From Planctomycetota bacterium (GTDB lineage: Bacteria > Planctomycetota > UBA8108 > SXIK01), in the NCBI GenBank assembly GCA_965223265.1, contig OZ244999.1:9056001-9120000 (forward strand): a DNA stretch of 64,000 bases. Direction: 5' to 3'. The position numbers and the translations under genes were made by a program. The notes beneath the pieces were generated by a model. It was given only the letters and a program-made list of their open reading frames with translations. It made no database searches and was not told the DNA's origin. Positions 59,297 through 64,000 of this stretch are shown here, piece by piece. Position 1 is the first letter of the stretch, and each line of letters begins with the position of its first letter.

Positions 59297-61201
59297 TCAA
59301 GCGCTCTCGGTCGGGAGCTCCGAATCGAACGGGTCGGATAGCGAGATCCGCCGCAGCGGCGTCAGCTCGACCTCATTCCAGTTGACGCGAAGTGATTGCG
59401 AATCGCTTCGCGTCTTAATGTAGTGAGCCCGCACTCTCGCCCGAGTGTCTGGCGGTGGTGCACTCGTCGCGAGTGCAACCGCGGCCGGTGAAATGAGAGA
59501 GCGGATGTAGTCCTCCCGTTCGAGCTGTCTTTGGTATCCGGACCCACCCAGTTCGTGGAAGCGTAGGTCGATCTTCCAAGTGTTGAAGTAGAGTCTGCGG
59601 AATTTTGCAAAGTCTCCGGCCTGCAGATTCCTCGACCGGATGAGGCGCCTCAGTTTTCGGCGCCGGGTGAATGGTGATCGATGGACAAGATCACCGAGAT
59701 CCCTCGCTCTCGCAGCCGCTTCGACGCCTGCCGACTGCAATAGTTTGCCCCAACTGAAGAAGTCCTTCCAGTTCGTTTCCGACAGCACTGCTTGGTCGAG
59801 AACCGACTTCTTCGCCACCCAATCGAGTGAGTCAGCAAGGCTTTGCTGTTGATTCTCGAGTCTCTCGAGCGTCTCCTCCCACAGATCTATGATCTCGCGG
59901 TGTCGGATGCGGCCCTGCGGTCGACCATCGAAAAAAGTCTTGACGCGTCTTAGGTAGGAACGCTGGAGATTCATTGCTGTTGACGTCTGACCGCTCCGCA
60001 GACGAACCTCTTTCCACGGTCCACCGCGCGCGATTTCACGGAACGCCATGACGGGATTCTTCAAGCGAAGCTCAGCAAACGTCTCTCCTGCTTCGATCAT
60101 CTCCAGGAGGAGAGCAGTAACGCCGACTTTCAGTAGATTCGGGATGTCGGAGAGGTTGGAATCGCCGATCGTGATGGAGAGTTTCTTTTGCTCATCGAAG
60201 AGCGCCGCCGGCGAGTAGAGGAACCCTTTCAGGTCGAACATGGTCTTCGACCGCCCGAACATGATGATCTTCGCTACGCTTGACGTCAGCCGGCTGCGTT
60301 GCGACAGCTCAAAGGTTTCACTCTGAAAATCGAGACGTCCGGCTCCCGTATAGATCTGTCGACTGACGAGAAATGACGTCAAGTCCTTGACGAAAGGCCC
60401 AAAAGCGAGGCGGCTCAAGAGTAACGAATAGAGCTGCACTGGCGGATAGACGATGACCAGGAAGAAGAGCACAGGAATGGCACGAATCGACTCAGCAGTT
60501 CGCGTGCGACCGTCGCGAACCCAAAGATAAATGTGTTCTGCGGCGCGCCGCAGCGGCGGTAGTAGGCGCCCGATCACCAGCGTGGCGGCGCCGAATAGGA
60601 GAACGCAAAGCAGCGTGAAAAACGTCGGAAAGAGAAGCAAAAGGAAGATCGGGGCCGCGAGAATGAGGTACCGCAAGGCCGACCGCGGTGCTCGATGAGA
60701 GACGAGGTAGTTTTCGTGGCAGCCGAATCCGGTCCCAAAGCGATCGACGTTGTTCTTACCGAAGAACAGACGCCCCGGCCAACCGGCTTTCGTCAGCGCT
60801 TCGGCGGACTTGCGGCTGACGTCATCGAGGATTGTGTCGAACGCTTTGGAGTAGCAAACGACGTCCCACGGTGTTCGACACTCGGGTGTTGCTACTTCGA
60901 AGATCGGTGTGTCTTCCTGGCGACGCAGAAAGATTTCCAGGTGCACCTGGCCGCCGTTCTCGAGGAAATACCCGCCCTTCAGACCACTTGCAGGTGCCGA
61001 TTTGCGTCCCTCCAAAAGGCTGCTGTAGAGAACCTTCTCGAGCAGCTCGAAGGGCGCTTGCCTCTGCGGCGTCGCATTCGCGTCTAAATCGTCCGGGACC
61101 TCCGAGCCGACCGCGGGTTCGTAGATGACCGCGACCTCCGTCTCCAACCCGAAAATCCCCCTGCGTTCGTCGCTGGCGGGAAGGGGTTCGCGAGGGGCCA
61201 T
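59297..61201 (-). CDS. PafA/Dop-family (Pup ligase-like) protein with a transmembrane insertion
   Basis: IFGLETE, FLENGG, EVATPEC, KNNVD..G..FGCHENYLV, FLVSRQIYTGAG, LSQR, GDSNLS, LKVGVT, DWVAKK, IDLRFH, PPPDTRA..R, VNWN, LSDPF. Confidence 0.9.
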   Translation of the reverse strand: MAPREPLPASDERRGIFGLETEVAVIYEPAVGSEVPDDLDANATPQRQAPFELLEKVLYSSLLEGRKSAPASGLKGGYFLENGGQVHLEIFLRRQEDTPIFEVATPECRTPWDVVCYSKAFDTILDDVSRKSAEALTKAGWPGRLFFGKNNVDRFGTGFGCHENYLVSHRAPRSALRYLILAAPIFLLLLFPTFFTLLCVLLFGAATLVIGRLLPPLRRAAEHIYLWVRDGRTRTAESIRAIPVLFFLVIVYPPVQLYSLLLSRLAFGPFVKDLTSFLVSRQIYTGAGRLDFQSETFELSQRSRLTSSVAKIIMFGRSKTMFDLKGFLYSPAALFDEQKKLSITIGDSNLSDIPNLLKVGVTALLLEMIEAGETFAELRLKNPVMAFREIARGGPWKEVRLRSGQTSTAMNLQRSYLRRVKTFFDGRPQGRIRHREIIDLWEETLERLENQQQSLADSLDWVAKKSVLDQAVLSETNWKDFFSWGKLLQSAGVEAAARARDLGDLVHRSPFTRRRKLRRLIRSRNLQAGDFAKFRRLYFNTWKIDLRFHELGGSGYQRQLEREDYIRSLISPAAVALATSAPPPDTRARVRAHYIKTRSDSQSLRVNWNEVELTPLRRISLSDPFDSELPTESA

Positions 61202-61424
61202 TGGGTGCGCGCGTTCGAAGATCGTCCTGTTAGGTTCAGGAGCTCAGTCAGGAAGGCAGTCGCCGGGCGTCGTGCCTTCGAGAGGAAGTCGGAGGCCGCG
61301 ACAGGTCCCGGTGCTCACGCGCCATGGGCACACGGGTAACCGCGAGCGATTCGCCGCGCCAGTCACGGCGTTCTCTCTTCACATGGCGACCCGGCTCCTC
61401 TGAGGAGCGCGAACTTGGCCTCAA

Positions 61425-61613
61425 TCACTCAGCGCCGCGTCCGACGTCATAAGCGTAGACGTATGCAGCGGAGTGTTGGTCTGCGTCGGCGAGCATGGCG
61501 CGAATCAGATCACGTCGGGTGCGAACGCCACGGTCGATGACCGAAGCGGGAATTCCGACACTTTCCGCGGACTCTGTGTCCGCAGAACGAACATCCTCGA
61601 CTCTGCCTGCCAT
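61425..61613 (-). CDS. Putative Pup-like modifier protein (62 aa, C-terminal GAE)
   Basis: MAGRVEDVRSADTESAESVGIPASVIDRGVRTRRDLIRAMLADADQHSAAYVYAYDVGRGAE; Pup-like size, C-terminal helix resembling Pup, terminal Glu; upstream of the PafA-like gene on the same strand. Confidence 0.6.
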   Translation of the reverse strand: MAGRVEDVRSADTESAESVGIPASVIDRGVRTRRDLIRAMLADADQHSAAYVYAYDVGRGAE

Positions 61614-61981
61614 AGAATCGCTCGGCGAAACGTTCAATTTCACAAAAAACTCCGAAACGGTTAAGATCCTGCCACAGGTGATTATCTCCAGCAGACCACT
61701 CACGCACAAGGTTTTTCGCGGCCGCACAGAAGGCTGCACGCGCCACATCGACTGAAAAACGCGTCGTCACACCCGAATCGTTCCGCTGCGAACACGCGAG
61801 AATCCGCGAGATTCTCCGGTGTGGCCACTGAGCACGAGCCGTGGTCGGGAGATGGAGACCCCAAGTTGTCGAGTTCGAGAACGCCTAGTAAATCACGAAC
61901 ATTCAGGTGGTCAAGAGCCCAGTAGGTCGATTCTTGGCTTTTGAGGGTTGAGGGCTTTCCTGCGGGAGACGGAGGATCCGG

Positions 61982-62851
61982 ATGCGAGAACGTTGTAGTG
62001 CCGTTGCCCGCGAGCTCCAGGACACCATCACCGAGGAGCTCGAGCGCCTCGATGGGAGCCGTTTTGAGGAGGACCTGTGGGATCGAAGCGGCGGCGGCGG
62101 CGGACGTACCCGCGTGCTGACGGGCGGCGGACTCTTCGAGCGCGCAGGCGTCAATTACTCGTCGGTGCACGGCGAGCTTTCGGACGAGTTCGCCCCCCAA
62201 CTGGCCGGCTCCGGGAAGGAGTTCTTCGCCACCGGGATCTCTCTCGTCCTCCATCCGTCGAACCCTCAAGTCCCCACGGTGCATGCGAACTTTCGATACA
62301 TCGAGAGAGGCGACGCATGGTGGTTTGGGGGCGGCGCTGATCTCACGCCGTACGTCTTTTACGAGGAGGACCCTTGCCATTTCCACTCGACGTGGAAACA
62401 GGTCTGCGACCGCCACGACCCCGAACATTACCCGAGATTCAAGAAGTGGTGCGACGAGTACTTCTTTTTGCCACATCGCGGTGAGTCGCGCGGCGTCGGT
62501 GGAATTTTTTTCGACAACCTGACTGGAGACCGCGATCGGCTGTTCGAATTCTGGAGCGATGCCGGGAGCGCGTTCTTGGACTCTTACGTGCCCATCGTCG
62601 AGCGCCGGCGGCATCTGGAACACAATGAGTCGCAGCGGCGATATCAACTGCTCCGACGTGGCCGCTACGTCGAGTTTAATCTCATGTACGACCGTGGGAC
62701 GATTTTCGGCCTCAAAACGCGAGGTCGGATCGAATCGATCCTAATGTCTCTGCCGCCTCTCGTCGCGTGGGAGTACGACGTGAAGTGGCCACCGGCTAGC
62801 GCTGAGGCGGAGCTTGAAGCCGTGCTGCGTGAGCCCCGCGACTGGGTGTAG
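61982..62851 (+). CDS. hemF: Oxygen-dependent coproporphyrinogen III oxidase
   Basis: GGGGRTRV, FERAGVNYS, HPSNPQVPTVHANFRY, WWFGGGADLTP, CDEYF, RGVGGIFFD, RRGRYVEFNL, ESILMSLP. Confidence 0.97.
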   Translation: MRERCSAVARELQDTITEELERLDGSRFEEDLWDRSGGGGGRTRVLTGGGLFERAGVNYSSVHGELSDEFAPQLAGSGKEFFATGISLVLHPSNPQVPTVHANFRYIERGDAWWFGGGADLTPYVFYEEDPCHFHSTWKQVCDRHDPEHYPRFKKWCDEYFFLPHRGESRGVGGIFFDNLTGDRDRLFEFWSDAGSAFLDSYVPIVERRRHLEHNESQRRYQLLRRGRYVEFNLMYDRGTIFGLKTRGRIESILMSLPPLVAWEYDVKWPPASAEAELEAVLREPRDWV

Positions 62852-63216
62852 GCCGCCTGCACCCGCACCGTCCGGCAGCAGCCTCGAGTCTGGTCATTGC
62901 GCGTCAAGCCCAAGCTCGGGTGCGATCTGCGGCGATCGGTGGGCGCGCGCAGCGGCGGACCTGGCACTTCCAGCGGGCCGGTCGGAAGTTTCGAACAAGC
63001 ACAGCAAAACAGTCCAAAAAGCCTTGGAATCCCGGTAAATTCGTCCGGCCAGGCTGGCACTCAGTCCGAACTCCTTCCGCGAGCGCCGGGGCGGCACGCA
63101 GGATCAAGAGAGGCGAGATGTCTTGCCGACACTTGTTACGTTGGATCCTCCGGAGAACGGGCTGCCGCGCTGAAACCAGATCGAGCGCGGAATCACCTCA
63201 GACCGAGACAAGACGA

Positions 63217-64000
63217 ATGCGTTACCTATCGGGAATTCAACCCTCCGGCACCTTACACCTGGGCAACTATTTTGGCGCCATGCGCCAGCACGTAGCCCGC
63301 CAAGATGAGAACGAGTGCTTCTACTTCATCGCCGACTATCATTCCTTGACGACGGTGCGCGAGCCGGACGTCTTGCGGCAAAACGTCACTGATGCCGTAC
63401 TCGACTACCTTGCGGTTGGACTCGATCCCGACAAGTCGGTGCTGTTTCGCCAGTCCGACGTACCGCAAGTGGTTGAGCTCATGTGGGTCCTCTCGACGCT
63501 GACGTCCATGGGGCTCTTGGAGCGATGCCACAGCTACAAGGATAAGATCGCCAAAGGCATCGAGCCGAGCCACGGGCTCTTCTCGTACCCTGTGTTGATG
63601 GCGGCCGATATTCTCCTCTACGACGCCGAGCGTGTTCCCGTCGGCAAAGACCAAGTGCAGCATCTTGAAGTGACACGCGACATCGCCCAGCGATTCAATC
63701 ACCTCTACGGTGAGACATTGGTGGTCCCCGAGGCGGAGGTCGAGAAGGAGACGGCGGCCGTGCCGGGGGTCGACGGCCAGAAGATGTCGAAGAGTTACGG
63801 CAACACGATCGAGATGTTCACCAGCGAAAAGAAGCTGAAGAAATCGATCATGGCGATCAAAACCGACTCGAAAGGCGTTGACGAACCCAAAGATCCTGAT
63901 GAGAGCACGATTTGCCAACTCTATCGGCTTGTGGCAAAGGACGAGGAGATGGCGGCGATGGAGGCTCGTTTTCGCGAGGGTGGCTATGGCTACGGAGATG
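63217..64000 (+). CDS. trpS: Tryptophan--tRNA ligase (3' truncated by window)
   Basis: MRYLSGIQPSGTLHLGNYFGA (HIGH), YPVLMAADIL, VPVGKDQ.QH, KMSKS; missing from the ORF track because it has no stop in the window. Confidence 0.96.
   Translation, partial: MRYLSGIQPSGTLHLGNYFGAMRQHVARQDENECFYFIADYHSLTTVREPDVLRQNVTDAVLDYLAVGLDPDKSVLFRQSDVPQVVELMWVLSTLTSMGLLERCHSYKDKIAKGIEPSHGLFSYPVLMAADILLYDAERVPVGKDQVQHLEVTRDIAQRFNHLYGETLVVPEAEVEKETAAVPGVDGQKMSKSYGNTIEMFTSEKKLKKSIMAIKTDSKGVDEPKDPDESTICQLYRLVAKDEEMAAMEARFREGGYGYGD

Noticed and set aside
59297-61201. Dop deamidase or glutamate-cysteine ligase
   Set aside because: No Dop-loop WDY segment; GLETE/GDSN and the C-terminal PP.TRA/DPF motifs indicate the PafA-like branch.
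61700-62647. 315-aa minus-strand ORF
   Set aside because: Antisense shadow of hemF.
62852-63216. T-box or ncRNA upstream of trpS
   Set aside because: No T-box consensus (AAGGTGGNACC) or other recognisable RNA motif seen.
63253-63918. 221-aa minus-strand ORF
   Set aside because: Antisense shadow of trpS.

Overview
GC-rich bacterial DNA, probably Planctomycetota (inferred from a DUF1501 C-terminus, a planctomycete-type PQQ-repeat propeller protein and a CehA/McbA-type hydrolase). Housekeeping genes (pyrD, ispG, hemF, partial trpS, acyl-CoA dehydrogenase, PLP aminotransferase, Na+/solute symporter) surround several accessory loci. (1) A secreted Cys/Lys/Ala-rich protein with ten 89-aa tandem repeats. 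(2) A glycosylation cluster with a TMTC-like protein. (3) A Ser/Thr kinase-STAND-TPR protein converging on a membrane protein with a Thr-motif tail. (4) A ~20 kb diderm-type poly-gamma-glutamate (PGA)-like locus: CHASE2 pseudo-kinase, receiver protein, giant CapC fusion, PghP-like hydrolase, TPR/beta-barrel exporter and HEAT-CapB fusion. (5) A DUF455 plus ATP-grasp gene pair. (6) A membrane-proteolysis cluster (LemA, HtpX, rhomboid). (7) A PafA-family ligase with a transmembrane insertion, downstream of a 62-aa Pup-like ORF ending in GAE, with no proteasome genes in the window. The best candidates for undescribed systems are (7) and (4). No rRNA, tRNA, CRISPR array or transposase was recognised. 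All family assignments come from motifs read by eye, not from database searches.
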